Numbered from the stretch's first letter, positions 25,291 to 37,978 are shown. The stretch: DNA of 64,000 nt from Neoechinorhynchus agilis (GCA_051530055.1 CM121342.1:14895480-14959479); one strand, 5' to 3'. The notes: a model not told the origin generated them from the letters alone. Numbers and translations: made by a program.

Positions 25291-25884
25291 GGCGCAGAGT
25301 GGACCAGCGAATTCAACGCTAATAAGACCAGGCGCGAAGAAGGAATACAACCAAATCTGACGGAAATTAACAATTTTTAGAACTCCAACACTACCAATTC
25401 ACTTCACCTAAAATTTAATAAATAAGGATATATCCAATGCTTAAGAAGCGTCCCATTGTCTTAATATAATGATTATCTTTTCCGTTTTGACGAAGCGAAT
25501 TTGGTACCTCAAATGTACTTTGCTCTAAGACCATCTCGAAGGATTGAAGTTTCTGAATTTAAGCAATATTGAGGGACCTAAAAAGGATAGATGAGTAAAT
25601 TGTTTATTGACAAGTATTTCGACGGTCTTGATGGGCAGCAAATAAATTGATCAACAAACAATCAAAAGTAAACATCTGATAGGCAGTAAAAACAATTCTC
25701 CCATTATCTGTTTAATCCTTCGATAAACTTTCCGATTTATAAGAGCTAAAAGAGAAAATCGACGATAAGCGGTGCGGATATTCAAGAGAATCATGTTATT
25801 AACGGCATGTACTTTCGCGTTTTGACATGAAAAACATCTCGAACGATTCGTCCAGAACTGGACATTTAAAAATTTATTCTAGAT

Positions 25885-26070
25885 TGTTGGCAGTTTCGAC
25901 ACGAGAATCGGGGGCGTGGTTGGAAACTGTTCCTCTGGCATCTGTGGGAACCCTTCTCACTGATGAGGTATCGAGGATCGCAGTGTCCTTAAAACTTGGT
26001 CTCCCGATATGCACGCCTCATCGCTGTCGATGTGGGTCTTCGGTTGATGTTTTCCGTCGACACGGTCTCG
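25885..26070 (+). mobile_element. CRE-like retrotransposon fragment
   Basis: RLLAVSTRESGAWLETVPLASVGTLLTDEVSRIAVSLKLGLPICTPHRCRCGSSVDVFRRHGL, homologous to the ORF at 49819-51309. Confidence 0.85.
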
Positions 26071-26179
26071 TTAGAATGGTTTTTTATCCGAAAAAAACAT
26101 ATCGGCTAAAGATGATTGGTTATAAATAAGCTTAATTACTTAGTTTTACAAGTAAAGAGTTGAGTAAATAAGTTACGTT

Positions 26180-26480
26180 TTCTGATATTGATCAGAGCTT
26201 CGGAATGGAAGGCTCAATTCGAATAGGGTTATTCTTTTGAACTCCAATGACAATTTTTTTACCAGGGAGCGAAAAACACGGATGCTTTAGAGACGACTTC
26301 ACAGCGGTAAGGATCTTCCTTGTCGTTGAACAGGAACCTCGCAGTATTGCCTAGAACAATTTGATTTCCGTATAGGTAAAAGGCCGCGGTCAATCAAAAA
26401 TTGGATAAGAACCGAACGTTCAGGCTCATGAAAGTCCGGCTGTGATTAGGAGTCGTACAACCGCTCACCGGCATCGCAGT
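26180..26480 (-). mobile_element. Possible Merlin/ISXO2-like DNA transposase N-terminal remnant
   Basis: Minus-strand reading LIQFLIDRGLLPIRKSNCSRQYC..., later RITLFELSLP, resembles the IQFL..GLL..C..C and TLFE.SKL pattern of Merlin transposases. Contains stops. Confidence 0.3.
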
Positions 26481-27556
26481 TAAAAGGACAGAGCGAATTT
26501 AATAAGAGAGAAAGACTTAAAGTGAGCAAAATAACATTCGAATTCTCAATGACGGACTAAGAGCTTAATATTTCGAAATCTGCTCAATAAAATACGTTTT
26601 ATCCGGGGTATATTATGATCGCATAACTCTATCATCCCGAAGGTTTAAAATGCGACAATAGAGCAATCTCATACAATGGATATTTTACAAGCGATTAGTT
26701 AACAAATCCGGACCGAGTCAGCGTTTTTAGTTATTTTCTCTGAAGCGCTTAGTACCGCTTTGAATCCAAAAGCTTTAAGACGTTTCGAAAGGACTCCGAT
26801 AGTTCAAATAATCTAGAGGAAATCGGATTTTGTTACTTTTATTATATTTTTCCCTTAAAAAATAATGGATTTATCTACACAATGAAATTTTCCTGATCCT
26901 TACTTAAAACATCGATGTCTTTTCACAATGCTTATAAACTACCGATAGAACTTTACGTTTTGCCTTTAACTGAGAACAAACTCTAAATGGTGATTGAGCT
27001 ACGTGATTGACCCGAAAATTATCCCAAATTTTGGGTTTATAGAATTTATGTAGAAACTCGAAATTGGGTATATAATAATGCTATAGATTTCTAGCGATTA
27101 AAGCGACGAGACTAAAAGATCGGCTAGGTGGACATTTTTCTACAAGGCGTTTAACCGAAGAACATTACTGACGTCTTTGGTTAATCAATAAAGTGAATGA
27201 TAATAATTATTTCTTTTGGTAATTTGCCGAGGCAATTACAAGCTTTGAATTTAAATCCGTAGAGGGGAAACTACTGAAATAAAGTACCTTTCCCCCTTCA
27301 AGACATCCAATGCTCTAACGTGATCACTAAAATCATTAAACTAAGCGAAAAAAGTATCGGTTGGTCATGATGTTTCCTTTCCGTCAAAGCCATTTGTGCT
27401 CCTTAAGGAATCGAAGACTTACGGGGTTTTTTAACGCGCCTTGTCTCTTGTTTTCCATAAAGTTTGTCAAAGAACGACGGATCACATTAGAAGCTTTATT
27501 TTGGCCTTTCTATACTCTATTCACCCAAACGCACACTTGGATATTTAGGGTTTCGT

Positions 27557-28612
27557 TCACAGATAATAAATGCATTCTGATTTTGTGTCTGACACTGGAT
27601 GTGTTTGCGTATATCCGGCGTCTATTCCACTTCGAGAAATACAATAATGCCAATCTTGGTTGAATATTTGCCCACGTTTGCACCATAACAATTTCGCTTT
27701 CGAGAATAGATGAACGCCTTTGTGTGGAGTGTATTCACACTTGAAGAATGCATCACATCTGAACCGCTCATGGCGGTAAATTCCTTGTTGAAGAACTATA
27801 GGTGTAAGATAATCCGTTTCCCGTTTGATTTGATTTTCCCGTGATTTATTTAACGCAATATAATATTTATACCGATGAATTTTGCTTCTCTCCCGGGACA
27901 TCAAAGACGCCGTTGGTGGACACTGGAGCTCAAATTGAAGCCAACCTGTGAGTATAAAAACGATTCCTGAGGGAGAAGGATGCTTTAAAATCATACACTA
28001 ACTCGGCATTGGATCGAATGATAATAAACGTTGGATCCGACATTCTTCACTTATAGGTATACACTCAGCCTTTCCCTCATTCCATTCGGCATTAGTGGGG
28101 CACTCAATATCAATCAGTTGAATGTGATTAGTAGAGGTGTTTGAAGCTGTTTTTATCCGATACGACTTACAATATCGAAACTTGTAGCAAGATTTATGTT
28201 TTCGCCCTACACCAGAGGCTGCTTCAAAATAAGGAAAAACTTTTCCCGGTTTATCACATTCTGGGAGCATGGGTGCCTCATCCGAAGTGCGTTCAGACTC
28301 ATTAGAATCCGAAGAAGCTCCGTCTAGTGTAGATGGTGCATTTGATTCCGTTGTTGGAGGAACATTAGCTGTTTCCTTCTTGTCCGAATCAACACTTTTT
28401 GATTTAATGTCGGCTCCAGTGTATCGGTTCAGCTCGAAAAATTCAATCCCTTCAGGCGCCTCGATTGACACAAACTGAATTGGCTGCTCATCGTAGTCAT
28501 CGTGGTCACTAGAGTTGTTGACCAATGTTAGAAAAAGGAGTGCCAGCACGAAGTGTCTAAAAGATTTTTCCAGCTCTCTTGTCATCGCGTTCAAGTGCTT
28601 GTCGGCACGCAA
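27557..28612 (-). CDS. Secreted chitin-binding (CBM14/peritrophin-A) protein with two domains, 2 exons
   Basis: Signal-like FVLALLFLTLV. Domain 1 is CDKPGKVFP..C.KFRYC..CP..EWN....C. A 36-nt GT-AG intron (28002-27967) joins in frame to ORF 27994-27557, which has domain 2 (GIY..CDAFFKC..C..GQIFNQ...C). Confidence 0.75.
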
Positions 28613-28974
28613 ATTTTTATCGGTCTATATATTTTGCTTACTGCATTGCGTGAGTGCCTTCGTGATTTGTGTTGGTGTTTCTTTAAGCCCACAAAGACAC
28701 TCATGAGAAAATTATTTATGCCTGCATGGTGTGCAAAAATGGCAGCTATTGCAGACATCTCGAATGCTGTACTCAGTGTCTAAAAAAGATCATGAGTAAC
28801 TACAAGACAACAAACACCTAAGGGGCCTATCCTTTTGTCTGCTATTAGATTTCACTACCTAATCATTGACTCCCTTTTTAGGTATTTACTAAGAGACGAT
28901 TGCAATTTGTTAAAATGATATTTTGGTTGACAAGAAGGCCAAAAAATTGGAGGAGTTCAATGACAAGAGTATAG

Positions 28975-29125
28975 TTTGGTACCGCGGAAAACCATCTGCT
29001 CCTGGTCCATTAGTTCATCTTCATTCTGTTCATCCATCTTATCCACGGGTTCGTTCTGTTCACTAACCTCATCCGCCCGTCTGGACGGCAGTTGAGAGAT
29101 CCAGAGCGGTGGTGTGAATGTTTCA
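28975..29125 (+). mobile_element. Rearranged CRE-like 3'-end remnant
   Basis: Starts with tttggtaccgcgg and ends with ggacggcagttgagagatccagagcggtggtgtgaatg. Both match the CRE-like copies at 23680-23865 and 33170-33370. Confidence 0.55.
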
Positions 29126-29483
29126 TAAGATTTGATTTGCCCTGACGTTAAATTATGTTTGTTTCAAAAAAGTATTAACAAATAAGTTTAAAATCAAGCC
29201 TGAATAATCATTCCCAATGTCCCTGATGAATCATTATTTTGATTCGGTTGTTGTTCCAAACTAAAAATCGCGTGTTAAAGGCTTGTTTACAACGAGTTTT
29301 AACCATCTGCAGGCTTATTTTAACGGCGAATTTTATTTTCTTGCGCTCGGAGCACAAGTGATACAAAAGGCACTAGCAGGCTATTAATTTTATTAATAAT
29401 TTTTTTATCGATTGAGCTTTCTAAATGGACATTTTACCAGTGACCTTACTCAATCAACAAGGTAGAGAGAAGCGGCTCATCTC

Positions 29484-31402
29484 TTATAGATTTCGACTGA
29501 CAAATATTGCAGCAATGGGGTAGGCGATCGCCATTGATATTGCATAGATTGATGCATAGACTGCGCATTCAAGCTTTTCCAGCGATTTCGCAATAAAGCT
29601 TCTGTTTCTCTTTCTTATTAGTTTATCGCTAAGAACTTTCTCGTATACCACTATACATTGTTCTGTCGCTAAAGCCCACGATCGTTGCTCGCGAACGTAT
29701 TTTGCAGCGTTAGATCCAAAAGGCTCTCGTTTAATTGCTTTCTTGACAATTCCGACGGCAGATTTTATGTTATTTGTTTCCCACAAGAATCCATGATGGC
29801 GATCAATAAAGAATTCGCACATTTGAGGAGTCCGAGGTGCTAGTATAGGAGTACCACAAGCCATGGATTCCAGAAAGACTTGTCCGAATGTTTCTGATTC
29901 CGATGCATATATAAAGAAATCGGCACTGGCGTAAGCTGCTGCAAGATCATCACCATACAGAGCGCCCATGAAGTAAGTTCTATCTTTTGGAAAAAGTGGC
30001 TTTACGGTGTCTATGTAGGCACCATCTCCGACCACACATAGGAATATATCTTCACATTTTTGAACTACTTCAGCTAAGAATTCAAAGCGCTTTTCTGGTC
30101 CAATGCGTCCGACTGTAAGTAGTAGTCGTAAATGCATCTTTGTAACATCATTTCTGAACATACTCTGGCGGAATTCCTGTGATCTTCTAACAGTGTTGAA
30201 AGTATCGAAATTGACTCCCGTGTGCCATATGGATATAGGTCGATGAACTATCCAAGTGTCCACTAGATGCTTTTTGAAGTAATTGCTAACCGTTAGAAGG
30301 TGATCCGATCGATTCAGAAACAAATATCGTAAAATACAGAACAAAAACGAAGCTACTTCGCCCATAGCCTGAGGACGTACAAAACGACGGATATAGGTCA
30401 CAACGTCCGAATGAGTTGACCAAACAACTGGAATTTCAAGTATCCTTGCATAAACGAAGCATAGGCATGAGCTGGGTGTTTGCTCACAGATATGAACAAT
30501 ATCTGGATTAAAATCGGCTAGTGTTTTGTATAATGTGAACTAAATGTGAAGAATCAATATTATCTTGATGTCTATTTGTTTGCTCACCGATGGCACTATA
30601 AAATGAAGAGAATTTTTCAGTTTATCAACTGCGCATATACTTGTTAGAACTTTGATTTGCACATTGGATTTTATGGTCGGTTTGTCAGTAAGCCAATCTT
30701 CACTTTTCTGCAATAGAATAAGCGTTTAGCAAAGTTATAGTTTATTCTAGCCAATCTTGCTTCACTTAGGCTTCATAAACTATAAAAAACGAATCGTATC
30801 GTTTCGCAATGAATCTCAATAACTATGAACAATACGCTGAAGGTTTTTAACGATTTTTTCGATAAACATATAAAAAGTTACTTCGAAGTTAATCGATGGT
30901 TGATGTACTTAAGATCACCATTTTATTTCTAGACTCAGGATAAAATTGCAAAAATTATGATGCTAACAATAAACAATTGAAGAATGAAATTTGAAACTTA
31001 ATCGCAAAATTAAGATGAAGCCCTAATGAAGGAAACTTTCAAGGTCCAACAAGTTCATACTTTATCTCCAGTTATTAGGCATACATGGTGTCCTTGTTGA
31101 GCCATTCTAAGGACGAGTTCTTGCAATCGCCTTGCGACCCCGCTGATGAACGGATAATAGCTTTCGACAAATATTGCAACCCGAAGTGGTTTTCTGTCTC
31201 CATTATCCGCCAAAGCCGTTTGAATAATGACATTCTCTCCATTAATTCTTAAGGCTTCTCCGTTTGGGCACTCTGTGCTTTTATTTGAAACTGTTAGCTA
31301 AAACGGAAATTTAGAGAAAAGAGCAAAAACTTTAAGAACCTTTTGTGAGCGCAAAACCTGGGATAATATGTCCTCAAAATCAACGGTGTGATATTGACTC
31401 AT
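29484..31402 (-). CDS. GT4 (GT-B fold) glycosyltransferase resembling SQD2/SqdX/MgtA-PimC type, 4 exons, C-terminal TM helix
   Basis: LRVAIFVESYYPFISGVARRLQELV..GHHVCLIT, FNPDIVHI..IPVVWSTH, TGVNFDTF, LTVGRIGPEKRF, VVGDGAY, SETFGQVFLESMACGTP (EX7E). Three GT-AG introns restore one frame from the ATG at 31402. Confidence 0.85.
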
Positions 31403-32187
31403 TTGGATTTTACTAAGCCGTAGATGTTATCGACACCTTACCTATTATCCAAGTTCGATTGCATTCAATACCCGTGACGGATTGAGCATTCGAAAAGCAC
31501 GAAATTGGGATGGAAAACATTTTGAGCCAAAAATCCCAGCTTGCAAACTCTGGTTTTAAACTTTTGGCTCACCTTTGTCGACTTCATATTTGCGCTCCAC
31601 CCAGCGGTTTAAGATCTCAATGTTCATTCAGAAGCCAAGAGTGTAGAAACTGATGCTTCACACAAATGAATCAGAGCTGCGAAAAGCTCTGTATCATCAT
31701 TCAGGTAGATTTCACAGGTAAGACATTCCGTATGTATCACCACACTCGAATTTTTTAAGCTTTGTTCATGTATTTTGAATCGGCTGAAGCGTTGGGTGAA
31801 CCACTAATTTTGTTTTCGTGATAGTCACCGTTAGTAACCAACCGTCTACTATTGATTACTTTAAGATATAATAAACAAGTTTATTCGAACGGACACTGCA
31901 TTCACAGCGAGGAGGGGTATCGCAAATAATGTGAGTAAGGTACTTAAACATCATAAATGATACTTTAGAGTATTTTGTACGTCTAAAATCTATACACAAA
32001 CGTGAAAATCGCTGCGATTTGTTGGTTATGGTTATAGTTAAGACGGTATTCTAAAACCAATAAACGAACCGCATCAATCGATTTTCATACTGCGCAAAAA
32101 TTAAAATAAAAAAACCGTGCTGTTACTTAAAAAAATTGTGATAAGCGAAATAAATGAAATTCGGAAACCAACGACCCTTTATTTCGG

Positions 32188-32712
32188 TCATTGTTTTAAT
32201 TGTACTTCTTTATCCGTCACCTTTCCACTTCCATTATATATGATTGGTTTGTCCAAAACATCACAAGGGTGTGTGTTGCTGATTTTAAACTTTATGAATT
32301 CTACTTGATTCCGTTTACGGGTGGAAATTGTAGCATTTTTGCCAACTCGATTTTCATCAACAACCGCATGTTTCGCCGACTTTCTTACAATTCTATTTTC
32401 CTTGTCATCGTGTTTTTCTTTAATCGAATCATTTCGCTTCATAATTTGAGCCAAGCTATTGAACCTGTTTATCCTCCGGCCATCCTGTTCTCCACGACTT
32501 ACATTGTTTTCTGCACCGGTACCATTTAAATCCTTTTCGAGCTTTTTAATATTTTCCAGCATGGATCTCCTCTCATCGTCCGTAATTTCAAATCCCTCCT
32601 TCTCAGCCAAATAAGACTTCATTTCTTCGTCAATACTTTCACCCCACGGATATCTCATTGAAACTGCTAAACCAATTAACAGCACGATGATCACAATCTT
32701 ACAGCAATTCAT
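32188..32712 (-). CDS. Orphan secreted protein, 174 aa
   Basis: Single ORF with a clear signal peptide (MNCCKIVIIVLLIGLAVS), a charged helical body and a CTGTAGATAATG start context. No family recognised. Confidence 0.6.
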   Translation of the reverse strand: MNCCKIVIIVLLIGLAVSMRYPWGESIDEEMKSYLAEKEGFEITDDERRSMLENIKKLEKDLNGTGAENNVSRGEQDGRRINRFNSLAQIMKRNDSIKEKHDDKENRIVRKSAKHAVVDENRVGKNATISTRKRNQVEFIKFKISNTHPCDVLDKPIIYNGSGKVTDKEVQLKQ

Positions 32713-33149
32713 TATCTACAGATATAAACAATTGCAATGTTATAAAGATAAAAGTTGGTACTATGCACATCAAAGCGGATATCGCATTTCGAATACCGGT
32801 CTGACTTACAAAAAATCGAATTGCCCTAAGAATTCATGTTGCACGTTCTAAGATACACAGACGTGTGGATTGATATATGTAAGTTTTGTACTCAACACGG
32901 GTTGTTTCATCACCAAAATGTGATCCATTTCTGTTTATGTGTTGTCAAGGATCAATTTTCAAGACATCATCTTTCGCAAATGTTGATTTTCGTTTCAATA
33001 AGAACCATTAGACGTAGAATGTTTGAACAGTTTTTATTAAACACTTTGAAAAATCCTAAATTGAACTTTCTGGCCCCTATGAATTTGCGATGAAACAACA
33101 ATCAATCTTATATGAAACGGTGTATTAGGTTAGCACTCAGGGAATAATT

Positions 33150-34030
33150 TATTGCCTTCAGAATCTCGGAGCAGAAATCATTCACACCACCGCTCTCGAT
33201 CACTCAGCTGCCGTCCTGGTGTAACGGTTGAAAGGACGAACGCAAAAGTTCTCCCCCGTTGCACAGCCAGACTTATGTTTTGTAGGAGGAATGCTCCTAA
33301 TCTCGGATCGCTAGTGATTCGTCTGAATCTCTTTGACAATTGCTTGACTAGGTCCTGCGCCGCGGTACCAAACGACCCGAGCGTCTCGACCCCAAAATGA
33401 TGATTTCGACTCAGGTTCCTGTATTTTGTCTTTTTGCGTTCCGTAATGGCGGTTGCTGCTTCCCTGGGTTTAATAGTGGCGAATTTTATGTTGCTGGCTG
33501 CGAGCGTGTCCACGGACTTGGCATCCCAGGCCTCGGGAATACTGTGACACCGTCAGGTCTACGGCCATCGAGTCGGTAAAGTTTGAGTGGCTCTAGGATG
33601 TTGGGCGCATTCACAGTATTCAGGACACGATAAGAATTGCGTTCACTTTTGCTCGTCGTTAGTACTTTCCGCCAGATTGCCGACGGACGAGACAATGACG
33701 CCCCGATGGATCCACGGTCGCTTCGCAACGGCAACGATGGGATGTACACATCGGTACCCCAAGTCTCAGGGACAATGCAATCCTGCGATTGGGATAGCAT
33801 TGAGATAAACACCCGATTCTCTTGTAGAGACTGCCGTCAATCGAGTTCGGTTCACCAAGTCACGAGAATCTGAAATTAAAGAGTTACGAATGCTCGCTGC
33901 CAAGGGTGAGTCCCAAACTGATTGTTTGCAACCATTGACGAGGACCTGCTCGCTGCCTGAATCTCCACACCAAAGATTAAGCGCCCTTACGAAATCTTTA
34001 TCCAAAGTGAGTTTTCGGATTGTCATTGAA
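33150..34030 (-). mobile_element. 5'-truncated CRE-like retrotransposon (REL domain region)
   Basis: VNAPNILEPLKLYRLDGRRPDGVTVFP, DTLAASN..ERKKTKYRNL..FGVETLGSFG..SLAVQRG. Closely similar to 20700-21248 and 23657-23870. Confidence 0.88.
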
Positions 34031-36176
34031 TCCTCGTTAGAGGATACTTGAGAATGTTGATTGTGAAAATTTTTTCGTTTTATTAAAACTTTTGCCTTTC
34101 ACAGTTTACCTTAGCCGAGGCAAATTCTTGGAGCAAAACATTAGAGCCACATAATTGAGTGCTGAATTATAATGCTTTAGATCAAAGGAGATATGTAATC
34201 TTTCAGCTTACAAAACATTAATATATAAACGCATGGATTAATTCATTTTAAAAGTTCAGCGTAATAGATCCTTTACGAAGGGATAGAAAACTTCAAAGTC
34301 AATCCATTTAAGCTTGCCCAAAAAACGAACAGTACGATTTTAGTTGCTGTGAGTTTTCCGTTTAAAGATACTAGTTAAAAAGTGGCTATCTTCGCCCAAT
34401 TCCACGTGAAATATTGTTATTTGATGATCTGAAACCAATGCGATGAGCTACTCCTAATGGTCAACTTTCCCTCTCATAATTTCGTGTTTCGCCTTTTTAC
34501 TCAATCAATTGATTGTGTACTTAAAGAGGTCTAAAAATCAAACGTCCATCGCAGATTTATCACTAACAAACGGTAAAACATTGCACCAAGAATAAGGGAT
34601 TTTATTATGCTCCTGTATCTCTATAACAAAATCCCTTTTAAAGTAAAACATTATTTTCGTTAATACCTTTAAAAAATCTATACATAAAGAATTCAGGAGT
34701 GAAACAATTGTAGTTTAGCTAAAGTGTGTATTAAAATATTGCAACTTGTGTGATACAAAAAATATAATTCCAAAAGATTGCAAATTTTTAGGCGAATATT
34801 CTATTGAAATTATAGCATGAAGCATTTCGGTTAATTTTAAGGGAATTTATTTAGTAAGACATTCGCTTGTTTTGAACGCATTGCGCAGCTTGTTTAAGAT
34901 TTAGTGATTTACACATATTTCGATTGGGTGCTTCGAAATTACATTTGCGTTCGAAAAATTAAATCAAAAATCCATTTTAATCTTTTAGAAAAAATCAACT
35001 TAGGGTGCAATGAAGTAATCACCGTAATTCTGCATCATTCCTTTAAATGGCATAAGACAATCATAGTGAAAATGCGACTAGATGATTATTTTGGGCGTTG
35101 CTGCGCATTTAAAGTCCCATTTCGTTTTCCAATGATTTTTTTCGGCAACTAGATTCGTTGCTAATTCATGCCAAAAAGGCCGAAGAAAGGATGAAATAAT
35201 CTGAAGATTCGTTGCATTGATATCGCGTGGACTGTGGTAACGGCGCGCAGTTTTTTGTCCAGGATTGGTGCAATTTTAATGAACCGCGTGTAAAACAGAG
35301 GCACTTTAAATAGTCGGATAATGATTAAGAAGTACTGTTAAAAGTACGAAGGATCCATCGTCGCGAGAATTCTATTTATAAAAGTCTGCCAATTGCTCAC
35401 TCTAGACACTTGAAAACAAGTTAAAATAAGCAACTTTGATTTACAGTAGAACGTCATTTATCCGAATTATTTGGAACCGGACACCATTTGGATACGAGAT
35501 TTTTTTCGGGTAACCAAAAATTCAATGTGATGTATTCTTAATATGCGGGAAAGGTAGTTTGAAAAACAAAATTCGGGTACAGTTACATAATTTTATCTTT
35601 ATTGTTGAAATTTTCGCTGCAATGTCTCTGATTCTCGTGAGCAATGGTAGTTGAGTAGGACAGCATATTGATCCGGACAATTGACGGTTCAGATAAGCAA
35701 CCTTGATAGAAGCACAAGATTTTGCCGAAATATCGAATTTAATAAATTCCTTTAATTTTTGCGCCATAAACAAGCATTTAATAAATCAATCTTCAAACAC
35801 GTTTCAATGTATTTGATTTTTTTGGTCAACCCGTAGGATTCTTGATCAGAAGCCGATTTCAGTCGAGAAACTGGGACCTTGATTGTCCGAGCGAGATAGC
35901 GAGATTTGCCGCAGTACAGTTAAGGATTATTCACCGAACCTCCATGAGTGTACCATGATCCATACTCTTTCAGTAAGTCTAGCTACTTTACTGCTTTCTC
36001 CATCAACCTTTTCTTGTGACTCACATTAACTTTCCACTTTGAAGTAAATGACATCGTTGCGCTAACATAAAAACTTTAGAATCGTTTCCGCTTGCACCTT
36101 CCACCAATCTCGTTCTCCATTCGGGTTTCCACATTTTGATCAATGATCTGAAATATGGCTTACTTTTAGATCTATA

Positions 36177-37307
36177 ATGGCAGACGAAGACGTTGCAGCA
36201 ATAGTTATCGACAACGGCTCTGGATTGTGCAAAGCAGGATTCGCTGGCGACGATGCCCCGCGTTCTGTATTTCCATCATTGGTTGGCAGGCCAAGGCATC
36301 AAGGCGTAATGGTTGGAATGGGTGCAAAAGATAGTTACATTGGAGACGAAGCTCAAAGTAAGAGAGGCATCTTAACTCTCAAATACCCAATCGAACATGG
36401 AATTGTTACAAACTGGGATGACATGGAGAAGATTTGGTACCACTCCTTCTATAACGAGCTTCGTGTAGCACCCGAGGAGCATCCAGTTTTATTGACCGAA
36501 GCGCCTATGAACCCGAAAGCTAATCGCGAGAAAATGACACAGATTATGTTTGAGACATTTAACGTCCCTGCTATGTACGTTTCGATTCAAGCATTGTTAT
36601 CTTTATATGGATCAGGAAGGACGACCGGAATCGTAATGGATTCTGGAGATGGAGTTACTCATGCGGTTCCCATATATGAAGGATACGCCCTCCCACATGC
36701 CATCCTCAGGCTTGACCTGGCCGGAAGGGACTTGACTGAATGGCTAATGAAAATTATGACCGAAAGAGGATATGCCTTACTAACCACCGCTGAAAGAGAG
36801 ATCGTTAGAGATATCAAAGAGAAACTGTGCTATGTTGCGCTCGATTTCGATATGGAAATGAACGCCGCTGTTGCTTCAGCAACAGTAGAAAAGAGCTACG
36901 AACTCCCTGATGGTCAAATCATTACGATCGGTAATGAGAGATTCCGGTGTCCTGAAGCACTTTTCCAACCGTCCTTGCTGGGAATGGAAATTGTGGGTGT
37001 TCATGAAGCGTGCTATAATTCCATAATGAAGTGTGATATTGATATCCGTAAGGATCTCTACTCTAACATTGTGTTATCAGGAGGATCGACAATGTTTCCA
37101 GGAATGGCTGATAGAATGCATAAAGAAATGAGTACCCTCGCCCCAGCATCTATGAAAATCAAGATAATCGCTACACCAGAACGTAAATATTCCGTCTGGA
37201 TAGGAGGCTCTATTTTAGCCAGCTTGTCAACTTTCCAAAGCATGTGGATATCAAAAACTGAATACGATGAAAGTGGACCATCAATTGTTCACAGAAAATG
37301 TTTTTAA
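36177..37307 (+). CDS. ACT: Actin, intronless CDS, divergent
   Basis: Complete 376-aa ORF with all actin motifs ([47 protein letters not shown]) and many non-canonical substitutions. Confidence 0.97.
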   Translation: MADEDVAAIVIDNGSGLCKAGFAGDDAPRSVFPSLVGRPRHQGVMVGMGAKDSYIGDEAQSKRGILTLKYPIEHGIVTNWDDMEKIWYHSFYNELRVAPEEHPVLLTEAPMNPKANREKMTQIMFETFNVPAMYVSIQALLSLYGSGRTTGIVMDSGDGVTHAVPIYEGYALPHAILRLDLAGRDLTEWLMKIMTERGYALLTTAEREIVRDIKEKLCYVALDFDMEMNAAVASATVEKSYELPDGQIITIGNERFRCPEALFQPSLLGMEIVGVHEACYNSIMKCDIDIRKDLYSNIVLSGGSTMFPGMADRMHKEMSTLAPASMKIKIIATPERKYSVWIGGSILASLSTFQSMWISKTEYDESGPSIVHRKCF

Positions 37308-37760
37308 CGCGAATGAGAGGGTTCATAAATAAACTACATCTATAAACAAATTGTGTCAATCACAGACTTGAAGCATAATATTTGCACAACAATATAACCC
37401 GGTGGTTTCTAAGCAAATATTGCCGTGCTAAAGTCTAAAAGTGAACGAAATGAGTAATAAACGAAGCGACAATAAATCATAAATTCACGATTACATTTTA
37501 CTCCGTGGTTCCGCCAATTCGCTCTAAAGTTACTGGTGAATAAAAGATAAAAGGGTTTTGAAGGCGATTAGAAAGTAGATTATTGAGAAATAGACATTTA
37601 GAAAACATGGTAGAATTTCTGAACCTTTTTTTGCTTTCCGTCAGACGAAATAAAGAAAAATAAGTTAACTTTATTAATATTTCATCCTGAGGGAGCGAGT
37701 CCGATCCTCCGCGTGGTGCCTCTGGGAACCCCGTTGACCCTATCTGGTAAAAGAATATGG

Positions 37761-37978
37761 TCGCAACCCAAATAATCGATGCATAACACAACTTCTCTGA
37801 GGGCGTCCACTGTATTCGACGCGATTGGACGATGCCCGGTCCTTTCGAAAAATGACCAAGGGTTCCTGATCGCAACCCAAATGATCGATGCATAATACAA
37901 CTTCTCTGAGGGCGTCCACTGTATTCGACGCGATTAGACGATGCCCGGTCCTCTCGAAAAATGACCAAGGGTTCCTGG
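37761..37978 (+). repeat. 109-bp tandem duplication in the RTE 5' UTR
   Basis: tcgcaacccaaat..atgaccaagggttcctg at 37761 and 37870, with a few substitutions. Confidence 0.9.

Noticed and set aside
29484-31402. Bacterial contamination as the explanation for the GT4 gene
   Set aside because: The frame needs three GT-AG introns, base composition matches the flanks, and it is contiguous with animal genes and host TEs. Read-level confirmation is still advisable.
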